NCBI GenBank assembly: GCA_964503465.1
Contig: CAZCYZ010000002.1
Span: 6,995-70,994, forward strand
Length of the DNA: 64,000 nucleotides
Origin: an uncultured Gammaproteobacteria bacterium
Lineage (GTDB): Bacteria > Patescibacteriota > Microgenomatia > UBA12405
Direction: 5' to 3'
The position numbers were made by a program, and so were the translations under genes. The number at the start of each line of letters is the position of its first letter. Within the stretch, counting starts at the first letter, position 1. Below are positions 17,339 to 26,296 of the stretch, piece after piece. A model generated the notes under the pieces. The model was not told the DNA's origin, did no database searches, and saw only the letters and a list, made by a program, of their open reading frames with translations.

Positions 17339-19249
17339 GTGAGTGGTGATGGTGGGAAAAAAGATGTTTTATCATTTTTCGAGGTTGGTGTGAATGGACC
17401 ACCTCCGACGATTGAGCGGAGCCAGAGGGTTCAAACTGATATGGTTCCGATAACGGTGGTAAATGTTGGCGGGCGAAAGGGGACTCTGGTCCAGTTTCAG
17501 GGTGGATATAATACTCCTCAGGGAGGGTTGTTGGGAATGTTTGGGGCAACGAGGCGAGTAGAAGGCGAGGCGATGGTAGTACCTGATGGTCGAGTGATAG
17601 TGGCCGGTGGTGAAAAATGGGCAAGATTCAGGAATTATCAGTTTAGTATGGTGGTAACTGCGGGAGGAGAATTGTTGATTGGATCGGGGAATGTAGTTCC
17701 CACAAGAGAAGGGGGAATTAATTTTGGTGGTTTGATTGCAGGCCAAGGAGATAATTTAATGCTGATGCCAGATGGTAATTTTGTGCAGGTTGGAGGTGGC
17801 ACAGGGATTCGAATTGGGGTTGATGGCCTGAAGGGCGGAGTGGTGTTGGCATTGGGAGTGGAGAAGGGGGGTGGGGACGGTTTCCCCGACAGTTGCGACA
17901 GTATGATAGCGGTTCGATGTGATGATGGGAGAAGGTTGATGTTTTATCCAGTTGACAGGAAGGCGGTGAAGAAAAACCAACAAGAGATGTTGGCACGACC
18001 GAGAGTGGCGGGCAGAATGATGGAGTTGATAGGTGAAGATGTTGGGCCAAGAGAACCCAGGAAGTTTAGGTTTGGAGGAAGAGATGATTGGGTGGCAGTA
18101 GGTTTCAATCGAGTGAGTGGTGGTTCTGAATTGATGTTGGCAAGATTGCCCAATGGAGGAGAGGAAGGGTTTGTGAGATGTCGAGTCGATGACTTTTGTA
18201 GGGACAATGGGATTTTAGCTAGTAATTTGTCGGAAATAATTGATCAGGGAACAGTGACAAATTTTGCCGATGATGAAAAAAATAGAGGTCAATGGGTGAC
18301 GATAGTTAGGCGTGAGGAGGGGCAGGTGTTGGTTGGCCGTGTTAGATATGATATACAGTCTGGACAACCGTTGGTGGAACAAATTTGGGTACCACACAAG
18401 AGGTTGGTGCGTAAAGATAAGGTAGCTGAAATAGAAGCAAATGAGTGGCCTGATGTTAGTCGGGTGGAAGTGATGGCAAAAGGTAGAAAGTTGACGGTTG
18501 AAGGGTGGAGTTGGCGAGGTGATAGTGATGACAGGTTGGTAGATGAGGATGCAATTGGAGTGGTAAGGTTGGACGATGGTAAAGGCAAGGTGGCTGGGGT
18601 AAGAGTTATTTTGGCTGACGGTATGGGAGGACACGGTAGGGGCGAGATAGCCTCAAGCCAAGCGGTTGAAGCCATGGGGGAGAGTGATGATTTGGCCTTA
18701 GCAATGAAAATAGCCAATGAGAAGGTGGTAAAGGTGGCTAAGGGTGGGGGCTCAACAGTGGTGGTGGCGGATGTGGTGGTTGGTGAAAATGGGATGGTGG
18801 AAACGGGGTATGTTTGGCGGGGTGATTCGCGTTTGTTTGCGGTGGGAAAAGGCGGACAGGTGGTACAGGTGACAAAGGACCATTCGTTGGTACAGAGTTT
18901 GTTAGAGAAAGGAATAATTACAGCTGCTGATGTTAGGAGTCATCCTCAGCGTAATGTGATTTATCGAAACTTAGGTGATCCAAAGTCGCCGGTAAATTTA
19001 GAGACAGAGGGTGTTAGGCATTTGGATGGTCAGCCGCCGCTATTGCTGTGTTGTGATGGTTTTTATGGTTATATTGAGGCAATGGGGGGGACGATTGATG
19101 GTTTTTTGCGTGATTGTGTTGCAAGGACCAGAAAGGGAAGTGTGGGGGAGTTGTCGGGAGAGGATATTGTTGAGAGCTTGAGAATATTGAAACAGCAAAA
19201 CGGACAAATTGGGTTTGATGACAACGTCAGTTTTTTGTGGGTTCACTAG
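17339..19249 (+). CDS. PP2C/PPM-family Ser/Thr phosphatase domain fused to a long uncharacterised N-terminal region
   Basis: DED, LADGMGGH..GE.AS, GSTVV, GDSR, TKDHSLV, HPQRNVI.R.LG, LCCDG, DDNVS. Start placed at GTG 17339 (ORF open from 17297). Confidence 0.85.
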   Translation: MSGDGGKKDVLSFFEVGVNGPPPTIERSQRVQTDMVPITVVNVGGRKGTLVQFQGGYNTPQGGLLGMFGATRRVEGEAMVVPDGRVIVAGGEKWARFRNYQFSMVVTAGGELLIGSGNVVPTREGGINFGGLIAGQGDNLMLMPDGNFVQVGGGTGIRIGVDGLKGGVVLALGVEKGGGDGFPDSCDSMIAVRCDDGRRLMFYPVDRKAVKKNQQEMLARPRVAGRMMELIGEDVGPREPRKFRFGGRDDWVAVGFNRVSGGSELMLARLPNGGEEGFVRCRVDDFCRDNGILASNLSEIIDQGTVTNFADDEKNRGQWVTIVRREEGQVLVGRVRYDIQSGQPLVEQIWVPHKRLVRKDKVAEIEANEWPDVSRVEVMAKGRKLTVEGWSWRGDSDDRLVDEDAIGVVRLDDGKGKVAGVRVILADGMGGHGRGEIASSQAVEAMGESDDLALAMKIANEKVVKVAKGGGSTVVVADVVVGENGMVETGYVWRGDSRLFAVGKGGQVVQVTKDHSLVQSLLEKGIITAADVRSHPQRNVIYRNLGDPKSPVNLETEGVRHLDGQPPLLLCCDGFYGYIEAMGGTIDGFLRDCVARTRKGSVGELSGEDIVESLRILKQQNGQIGFDDNVSFLWVH

Positions 19250-19266
19250 AGTTGGTATACTGACAA

Positions 19267-20328
19267 GTGATGAGAAATTGGGGAGTAAATTTGAGATGGC
19301 AGATGGGAGTGGATCTGGGGAGTAGTAATACTAGAGTATTTGTTAAGGACAAAGGAATAGTAATTGATGAGCCAACGTTGTTGGCAAGGATCAAGAGAAA
19401 AAAATTTAGCAGAAAGAGAAATGGGATTTTGGCGGCAGGGATAAGGGCAAAGGAAATGTGGTGTCGAGAGCCAAAGCAGATTGAAGTGGTGGCGCCGATT
19501 AGAAACGGAGTGGTGGTAGATTTGGAGGCGGCGGAAAAATTGGTTCAATATTTTTTGAAGCTGGTATATGACATTCCTAGTCGGTTCCCGAAAATTTTTA
19601 AGCCATTGGCAGTGGTGGGGGTGTCGAGTGGGGCGACCGAGGTTCAAAAAAGAGCGGTGAAAGAAGTGTTTAAAACTGCCGGGGTAGGTAAAGTGTTGAC
19701 GGTTGAGGAAATTGTACTGGCGGCGGTGGGCTTGGGGTTACCAATGCTTGACGGAGGGGGCTTAATGGTGGTGAGTGTTGGCGGGGGGAAGACGGAGGTC
19801 GGGGTGATTTCAATGGGAGGGGTAGTGGTGGGAAGAAGTATTCGGACGGCTGGAGATGATTTTGATCAAGCGATAGTTAATTACACCCGAATGAAATATG
19901 GAATATTGATTGGATTGAGTACGGCGGCGAGGGTAAAGATTGAACTAGGCAATAAGAAAAAAGAGGAAGTGGCTCTTATTCGGGGTCGAGATTTGGAGAG
20001 TGGTCTACCAAAAACGGTTAAGTTAACGGCGGCGGAGGTGGGGGAGGCGGTTAATATGGAGCTGGTCAAGATTGTTAAATTAGTGGCTGAGGTTTTGGAT
20101 GAAACTCCACCAGAATTGATGGATGACATCATCAAACGAGGAATAATAATGACAGGAGGAGGGTCGCAAGTAATGGGGTTAGCAGAGATGCTTTCGGTGG
20201 AGACAAAAATAAATACAGTAGTGGCGGAGGACCCGGGGTGGTGTGTAATTAAAGGGGTGGGAGAAATAGTATCGCGGTGGGAAAGGACTGACTGGGTAAA
20301 GTTGATTTTGGAAATGGGAGAAAAATGA
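19267..20328 (+). CDS. mreB: Rod shape-determining protein MreB (divergent)
   Basis: GVDLGSSNTRV, PIRNGVV.D, TEVQKRAV, AGDDFD.AI, GRDL.SGLPKT, TPPEL..DI..RGI.MTGGG. Confidence 0.9.
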   Translation: MMRNWGVNLRWQMGVDLGSSNTRVFVKDKGIVIDEPTLLARIKRKKFSRKRNGILAAGIRAKEMWCREPKQIEVVAPIRNGVVVDLEAAEKLVQYFLKLVYDIPSRFPKIFKPLAVVGVSSGATEVQKRAVKEVFKTAGVGKVLTVEEIVLAAVGLGLPMLDGGGLMVVSVGGGKTEVGVISMGGVVVGRSIRTAGDDFDQAIVNYTRMKYGILIGLSTAARVKIELGNKKKEEVALIRGRDLESGLPKTVKLTAAEVGEAVNMELVKIVKLVAEVLDETPPELMDDIIKRGIIMTGGGSQVMGLAEMLSVETKINTVVAEDPGWCVIKGVGEIVSRWERTDWVKLILEMGEK

Positions 20329-21962
20329 ATCGAGGGGAAGAGGAATACAATTGGTGGTGGATTAGAGCCCTGGTGGCAATTAGCCTGGGTTTGTTGTTAA
20401 CGATAATAATTAAATTAACTCTAATTGAGGGAAGGGTGTATCAAAACTTGGCTCGGGGAAACCGAGTGCTTGAAGGGACCATTCCAGCGGCAAGGGGGAG
20501 AATGGTTGACCGCAAGGGACGAGTGGTGGCGGAGAGTGTGTACCAGTATTTTCGGATGGAGGGAGAAAGTAAAATTTATGAAGATTCTGGGGATTATTCG
20601 GGAGAGAGATTTGAAGGAAAAGACTTATCATTTGAGCTCAAAAGACATTATCCTTATAAGGAGGTAATGGGAGCCATAACCGGATATGTAGGTAAAATTA
20701 AGGAAGAGGAAATAAAAAAAAACATTTGTGATCGAGAGATGAATAACGAGAGTTTAATGGGGCGAGGTGGGGTAGAGGAATCGATGGATTGTGAGTTGAG
20801 GGGGGCCGATGGGCGAAGGTTGGTGGAAGTTGATGCCCTGGGGCGATATGTGCGGGAGTTGGGAAGAATGGAACCGGAAAGTGGAGAAGAAATCAAGTTG
20901 AGTGTTGATGCTTTTTGGCAGGAAAAAATTTACAAAATGCTTGGGGGTAAAAAAGCAGTGGTAATAATTTCGGAACCGCAAACCGGCAGGATATTGGCGA
21001 TGGTGACCAGTCCTGGTTTTGATCCGAATGTTTTTAGTTTTGATAAAAACGACAAAATAATTGAAAGTTACTTAAACGATGATGATGGCTTACCGCTTCT
21101 GAATCGAGCGGTGGCGGCGAGGTATCATCCGGGGTCAGTATTTAAAATTAGTATTGCTAGTGGGGGTTTGGAATCGGGAAAAATCGATGCCGAAACGACC
21201 TTTGAGGATACCGGCTTTATTAAAGTAGGAGATTATACTTATACCAATTGGCTGTGGACCAAGCGGGGAGGTACTGATGGGCAAGTAAACGTGGTTAAGG
21301 CTTTAAGGCGATCAAACGATATCTTTTTTTATCGATTAGGGGAACAAATGGGATCGTCGTTGATGCGAACTTGGGCGGAAAAATTTGGTTTGGGGGTGAA
21401 AACTGGGATTGAATTGCCAGGTGAGTTGACTGGAATTGTGCCGGATGAAAAATGGAAAAAAGAAAACAAGGGGGAGAATTGGTTTTTGGGGAATAGTTAT
21501 CATATGGCCATAGGACAGGGGGACGTGGCGGTAACACCATTGCAGGTTAATGTAATGACGGCGGTAATTGCCAATGGGGGGGTTAAATGTCAACCAACAT
21601 TGCGAGAGGATGGCGAAAAGAGGTGTGTGGATTTGGGGCTAAAGCAGTCAACAATTGAGCTGGTGACAGCAGGGATGAAAGCGGCCTGTGAATCTGGTGG
21701 GACAGCCTGGCCGCTTTTTAATTTTAAAACCGAAATTGCCTGCAAAACTGGAACGGCGGAAGTAGGTGATGGGAGCAAGGACACCCATGCTTGGTTGACG
21801 GCTTTTGCGCCGGCCAACGACCCGCAAATAGCAATTACAGTGTTGGTAGAGCGTGGGGGTGAAGGCTCGGATGTGGCGGCGCCGATTGTTGGAGATATCC
21901 TAAAGGATTGGTTTGAGGAAACCAAGACAGTAGTGCCAAGATATAAAGATGGGACGAATTAG
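20325..21962 (+). CDS. mrdA: Class B penicillin-binding protein (PBP2/MrdA)
   Basis: N-terminal TM, PAARG..VDR.G, PGSVFK (SxxK), SND (SxD), KTGTAE. Confidence 0.92.
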   Translation: MNRGEEEYNWWWIRALVAISLGLLLTIIIKLTLIEGRVYQNLARGNRVLEGTIPAARGRMVDRKGRVVAESVYQYFRMEGESKIYEDSGDYSGERFEGKDLSFELKRHYPYKEVMGAITGYVGKIKEEEIKKNICDREMNNESLMGRGGVEESMDCELRGADGRRLVEVDALGRYVRELGRMEPESGEEIKLSVDAFWQEKIYKMLGGKKAVVIISEPQTGRILAMVTSPGFDPNVFSFDKNDKIIESYLNDDDGLPLLNRAVAARYHPGSVFKISIASGGLESGKIDAETTFEDTGFIKVGDYTYTNWLWTKRGGTDGQVNVVKALRRSNDIFFYRLGEQMGSSLMRTWAEKFGLGVKTGIELPGELTGIVPDEKWKKENKGENWFLGNSYHMAIGQGDVAVTPLQVNVMTAVIANGGVKCQPTLREDGEKRCVDLGLKQSTIELVTAGMKAACESGGTAWPLFNFKTEIACKTGTAEVGDGSKDTHAWLTAFAPANDPQIAITVLVERGGEGSDVAAPIVGDILKDWFEETKTVVPRYKDGTN

Positions 21963-22023
21963 TTAGAAATTGGTATAATTGGCTAGTAAGTTTCTCGTTA
22001 TAAGGTATTTTTAAATAAAAAAA

Positions 22024-22455
22024 ATGGCAGATCGCGAACCAATAAGGCAGACAATAAAAAATCATTTACCTTCTGGAGAAACAGCAGGGGGTGTGTGGAA
22101 ACAGTTTCGTGGACTTTTGAGTTCAGCAGCCAGAGCAGGAACTACTGCTGAGTTAACCCAACTGGTTGCCAAAGCGAGTCCCGGGCAAATAATTACATAC
22201 ACCGGGGTTCATCCGGTGGGTGATAGGGATATAGGTCGTTTTATGCATGAGCTTAGGGGTGTGAGTCCTCGAGAGGTTGGAGCGAGTTTGCAGGATGGTG
22301 TTGAGCGTGTAGAAGTGATTGATAATGAGTGTCAGGTACCATATGTGACCGAAGATGCAAAAAATCAGCAGCTAGATAAGCACCGAAGTGTTTATGTTGT
22401 GTGGAGACAACAACTTGGTTCGATGGGTAGAAGAAGATCAACAAGGATGAAGTAA
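22024..22455 (+). CDS. Hypothetical protein
   Basis: 143-aa ATG ORF between mrdA and topA. Confidence 0.55.
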   Translation: MADREPIRQTIKNHLPSGETAGGVWKQFRGLLSSAARAGTTAELTQLVAKASPGQIITYTGVHPVGDRDIGRFMHELRGVSPREVGASLQDGVERVEVIDNECQVPYVTEDAKNQQLDKHRSVYVVWRQQLGSMGRRRSTRMK

Positions 22456-22502
22456 AATTTACAGAAGCAAAAAATTGGAAATTGACACCGGGTTTAGAAT
22501 AG

Positions 22503-24479
22503 ATGACAATGGCTGATATGCAAAAGAGGTTGTTGGTGGTGGAGTCACCGACCAAGGCAAAAACAATTACCAAATATTTGGGTCCTTTAGCTAGCTCGGG
22601 GTGGGAAGTAGTGGCGACAGTGGGGCATCTGCGTGATTTACCCAAAGGGAAGATGGGTGTAGATACGGCTAAAGATTTTGAGATTGAATATAAAATTGAT
22701 CCGGAAAAAAAGAAAGTAGTTGAGGCTCTAATTAAGGCAGCCGGCAAGGCGGAGGGAGTTTACCTGGCGACAGATCCGGATCGGGAAGGGGAGGCAATTG
22801 CCTGGCATGTAAAGATAATTATTAATGATGAAAAGGCCAAAAGAGTTAGCTTTCATGAAATTACTAAGGAAGCGGTGGAGGAGGCGATTAAAAATCCTCG
22901 GGAAATTGATATGGATTTGGTTGATGCCCAGCAGGGGAGACGAGTACTTGACAGGCTAGTAGGTTATTCTCTGTCGCCGGTGTTGTGGAAGAAGGTAAGG
23001 CGGGGTTTGTCGGCGGGAAGGGTGCAGTCGGTGGCGGTGAGGTTAATTGTGGAGCGGGAAAGGGAGATTGAGAAATTTGTGTTGGAAAAATATTTTAAGA
23101 TTTATGCTGATTTGAAAGGGGGATTTAGAGCTGAACTGGTCAAAGTTGACGGGAAAAATGTAGCTAGAACAGAAAAGACTAAATTGTTTGATGGGGAATA
23201 CAGTGTTAGTAAGACAATTTATAATGACAGGAAAGCGGTCGATGATTTTGTTGGTAGTTTGGGGAAGGAGTTGGTGGTGGATAGGGTGGTGGGCAAGGAA
23301 ATAACCAGAACGCCGCTGCCGCCGTTGACAACTTCCAAACTTCAACAATTAGCGGCTAGGCGGTGGGGTTGGTCGGGGAAACAAACAATGAGAATTGCTC
23401 AAAGACTTTATGAACAGGGGTTGATTACTTATCATCGGACTGATTCGGTGAATTTGTCATCGAAGGCAATTGCCGAATTTAGGGATTATATTGGCAAAAA
23501 ATATGGGAATAATTATGTAGCTTCAAAAGAAAGGGTGTTTAAGAATCACTCCAAAAATGCCCAGGAGGCTCACGAGGCCATTAGGCCAACGGTGGTAGGT
23601 AAACTTGAAGTAAGTGGGGATGCCAAGGAACAGAAGTTGTATCAGGTGGTTTGGAATCGGGCAGTGGCAACTCAAGCGGCGGGAGCAAGATTAAAAACGA
23701 CTACGGTTGATTTGACCACCAATAATGCTTTGTTTCGGGCTAGTGGAATTAGAATGTTGTTTGATGGGTTTTTAAAAATTACCGGTGAAAAGTTTGAGGA
23801 ACAGGCCCTACCGGAGTTGACAGAAAAACAAAAAGTTGATGTCAAGAAGTTTGGAGTGGACGAAGCCCAAACTTTGCCGCCGCCACGTTATAGCGAGGCC
23901 TCGTTGGTGGCAAGTCTTGAAAGGCAGGGGATTGGTCGACCGTCGACTTATGCCCCAATAATTTCCACTATTCAGTTGAGACAATACGTTGATAAGGATG
24001 AGGGAAAGTTTAAGCCAACAGCATTAGGAGTGGCGGTAAACGAATATTTGGTGAAAAATTTTGAGGAAATTGTGTCGTTGCCGTTTACGGCGGGTATGGA
24101 AGAGAACTTGGATGAGGTGGCGGCGGGGGATTTGGGTTGGAAGAAAATGATGAAAGATTTTTGGACAGGGTTTTACAAGTCGGTTAAAACGGCCGAGAAA
24201 GAGTCGGAAAGAGTCAAGGTAGCGGCGGAACGATTGGGGGAAAAGTGTCCCGACTGCAAGGAAGGGGAGTTGGTGATTAGATTGGGAAGATTTGGAAAAT
24301 TTGTCAGCTGTGAACGATTTCCGGAGTGTAAGTACACTAGGGCCTTTAAGGAAAATGCCGGTTTTAAGTGTCCGACTTGTGGGGCGGAAGGAGTGGTGAG
24401 GAAAACCAAAACGGGGAGACGATTTTATGGCTGCAGTGCTTACCCAAAGTGCAAGTGGGCAGGGTGGAAAAAACCTTGA
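22503..24479 (+). CDS. topA: DNA topoisomerase I
   Basis: VVESPTKAKTI, ATDPDREGEAI, SAGRVQS, ITYHRTDS, QEAHEAIRPT, GIGRPSTY, C-terminal zinc ribbons. Confidence 0.98.
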   Translation: MTMADMQKRLLVVESPTKAKTITKYLGPLASSGWEVVATVGHLRDLPKGKMGVDTAKDFEIEYKIDPEKKKVVEALIKAAGKAEGVYLATDPDREGEAIAWHVKIIINDEKAKRVSFHEITKEAVEEAIKNPREIDMDLVDAQQGRRVLDRLVGYSLSPVLWKKVRRGLSAGRVQSVAVRLIVEREREIEKFVLEKYFKIYADLKGGFRAELVKVDGKNVARTEKTKLFDGEYSVSKTIYNDRKAVDDFVGSLGKELVVDRVVGKEITRTPLPPLTTSKLQQLAARRWGWSGKQTMRIAQRLYEQGLITYHRTDSVNLSSKAIAEFRDYIGKKYGNNYVASKERVFKNHSKNAQEAHEAIRPTVVGKLEVSGDAKEQKLYQVVWNRAVATQAAGARLKTTTVDLTTNNALFRASGIRMLFDGFLKITGEKFEEQALPELTEKQKVDVKKFGVDEAQTLPPPRYSEASLVASLERQGIGRPSTYAPIISTIQLRQYVDKDEGKFKPTALGVAVNEYLVKNFEEIVSLPFTAGMEENLDEVAAGDLGWKKMMKDFWTGFYKSVKTAEKESERVKVAAERLGEKCPDCKEGELVIRLGRFGKFVSCERFPECKYTRAFKENAGFKCPTCGAEGVVRKTKTGRRFYGCSAYPKCKWAGWKKP

Positions 24480-24489
24480 AATGGTGACT

Positions 24490-24720
24490 TTAATCTTCGT
24501 TTAGTCTAAAGACTCGTGTTAGAGGACAATCTGGAGTTCCAATTTTTTCAGCGCACCAAAAGTCGGCCGCAGGAACACCGCCATACTTTCTTAGGGAACA
24601 TCGAGCGCAGGTGGTTTGGACAGCTCGATCTGCGGGGCTAGTGATATTTTCTTTTTGTAGTGGAACAATTCTTGTTTGCCATGAGCCAAGTCTGGCGCCT
24701 TTCCTGGGTTGTTCGGCCAT
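24490..24720 (-). CDS. Small hypothetical protein with 4 Cys
   Basis: 76 aa, CARC...C...C; TATAAT 6 nt before ATG. Confidence 0.6.
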   Translation of the reverse strand: MAEQPRKGARLGSWQTRIVPLQKENITSPADRAVQTTCARCSLRKYGGVPAADFWCAEKIGTPDCPLTRVFRLNED

Positions 24721-24794
24721 GTTGGTATTATAAACTATAGGATGATGGAGACTGAAAGTTTAGCGTAATAGAACTTCGTTTTTTTATTCAATAA

Positions 24795-25031
24795 TTAACC
24801 TTTGGCATCCTTGTGCATACCGAGGAAACTGGCATTGAGCATATCGGTGTCTGTCTGTCTGTTCTCTGGTGGGACAATATCAGCGGCAGTTAGTTCATCA
24901 AGCCTGTGGTTTTCGGCTGGCCTTTTGGTTATACCCTCGTGTGGTTTACCAGGGTGGGCATTGATAACACTACCAACTCCGGCTGTCTCTCGAGCGTTGG
25001 CTGATTTGGTGATAGTAATGATTGTGGCCAT
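24795..25031 (-). CDS. Small hypothetical protein
   Basis: 78-aa ATG ORF in a run of co-oriented small ORFs. Confidence 0.5.
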   Translation of the reverse strand: MATIITITKSANARETAGVGSVINAHPGKPHEGITKRPAENHRLDELTAADIVPPENRQTDTDMLNASFLGMHKDAKG

Positions 25032-25033
25032 AT

Positions 25034-25159
25034 TTATTGACGAGGTTGAAAATTAAAAGAAGGGGAGACTTCCCCGAGCGTAGCTAAATTGGATCTAAAT
25101 CTGGCGATTCGAGTAGCTGGTTTTTCTAAGCCTTTAAAATATTTTGGTTTTTCTGACAT
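25034..25159 (-). CDS. Small hypothetical protein (41 aa, below ORF-track cutoff)
   Basis: Manual translation MSEKPKYFKGLEKPATRIARFRSNLATLGEVSPSFNFQPRQ; fills the gap between its neighbours exactly. Confidence 0.45.
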   Translation of the reverse strand: MSEKPKYFKGLEKPATRIARFRSNLATLGEVSPSFNFQPRQ

Positions 25160-25175
25160 ATTTGTTGATTAAAAA

Positions 25176-25361
25176 TTATGATTGCATCGCTGAAAGGATG
25201 GCAACGAAGTCTCTAAATGTTGCAGAGTCGGGGTTAACCCGAGCAAGGACTGAGTCTCCGTAGCGGAGTGGTTCAACCCGTCGGCTTAGAATCTCTAAGT
25301 TATGTCGGTGGGATTGTTGCTCTGAACCGAGTCTTCCATGACTATGAATTATTTCTGACAT
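25176..25361 (-). CDS. Small hypothetical protein
   Basis: 61-aa ATG ORF with upstream TTGACA-N17-TAATAT (25415-25387). Confidence 0.5.
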   Translation of the reverse strand: MSEIIHSHGRLGSEQQSHRHNLEILSRRVEPLRYGDSVLARVNPDSATFRDFVAILSAMQS

Positions 25362-25433
25362 GTATTAAGTAACCTGTAATATATTCATATTAGACAGACT
25401 TATAATACTTGTCAAGGGGATAATTTAGGCACC

Positions 25434-25456
25434 AAAAACCCGGCAGCTGCCGGGTT
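25434..25456 (-). terminator. Intrinsic terminator
   Basis: AACCCGGC-AGCT-GCCGGGTT hairpin with a T-tract on the minus strand, just after the 25477-25689 ORF. Confidence 0.7.
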
Positions 25457-25476
25457 GATAGCATTGTCGAAATCAA

Positions 25477-25689
25477 CTAATCAACAATGGAAACACGTGG
25501 ACAAACACCTCTTTTACACTTGATTCCGAGTATTTTACATGTTGGTTTATCGTTACAGGTGTCTGGGTCAACATTGTCCCGTGCTGGTTTGACGGCTCTA
25601 GTTGATTTTTCGATGTGGACATGTTCACCCATCCCTCGAGGAAGGGCAGGAGCTTGAGATGCCGACTGTTCGGGTAAAGTTTTACTCAC
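25477..25689 (-). CDS. Small hypothetical protein with 4 C-terminal Cys
   Basis: 70-aa GTG ORF, C.....C......C....C, followed by a terminator. Confidence 0.55.
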   Translation of the reverse strand: MSKTLPEQSASQAPALPRGMGEHVHIEKSTRAVKPARDNVDPDTCNDKPTCKILGIKCKRGVCPRVSIVD

Positions 25690-26113
25690 TTGTTTTTCAA
25701 TTTATAAATGTGTGGAGTGTAAGAGAAAAATATGCGGGATTCAAGGAATGTCAATATGGGTGGTGGTTGTGTATAATCGAAAGGTTGTAGTCAGCGGCAA
25801 GGGTAGTTGGTTTTGAGCCTGGGTCGGAAACAACAGCCGCGATCGCCATCGTCAACATCACAATCTTTTTCATTAGTGCAAATTGAACAGTGGTCATCAA
25901 TTAGAGCTTTGAGGGCTTGGAGGTTTTGGGGAGAATAGGGTGAACCGGGCGGAATTCGACGTCGCTTGGTTTTGGCAGGTGAACGGGCGATGGTGATAGC
26001 TTCTTGAATAGCGATAGAAGAGTTTACTACTTTTGGGAAGGATTAGTAAAAATATGTAATATATATGTATTTTCTTGTTGACTTTCTGGAAAGTGAATAG
26101 TATTATAGGTGCC

Positions 26114-26296
26114 ATGAATAAAGAAGCAATCGACCCAAATAAGACTGTTATTACCGGAAAACCGTTAGTTGAAGTAACTGGGGTAGCTGCTGCACCTCCT
26201 AAGCAAGATGTGTCTAGTTCAGGAGAAAGAATACAGAAAGTGGGAATTCCACCAGAGCGAGTGCAGAAACTGATTGACTTTATCAGAGGTATGTAG
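26114..26296 (+). CDS. Small hypothetical protein
   Basis: MNKEAIDP...; TTGACT-N17-TATTAT promoter 7 nt before ATG. Confidence 0.6.
   Translation: MNKEAIDPNKTVITGKPLVEVTGVAAAPPKQDVSSSGERIQKVGIPPERVQKLIDFIRGM

Noticed and set aside
25790-25850. Possible SRP RNA or tRNA-like sequence
   Set aside because: Lacks the SRP domain IV consensus and does not fold as a cloverleaf.
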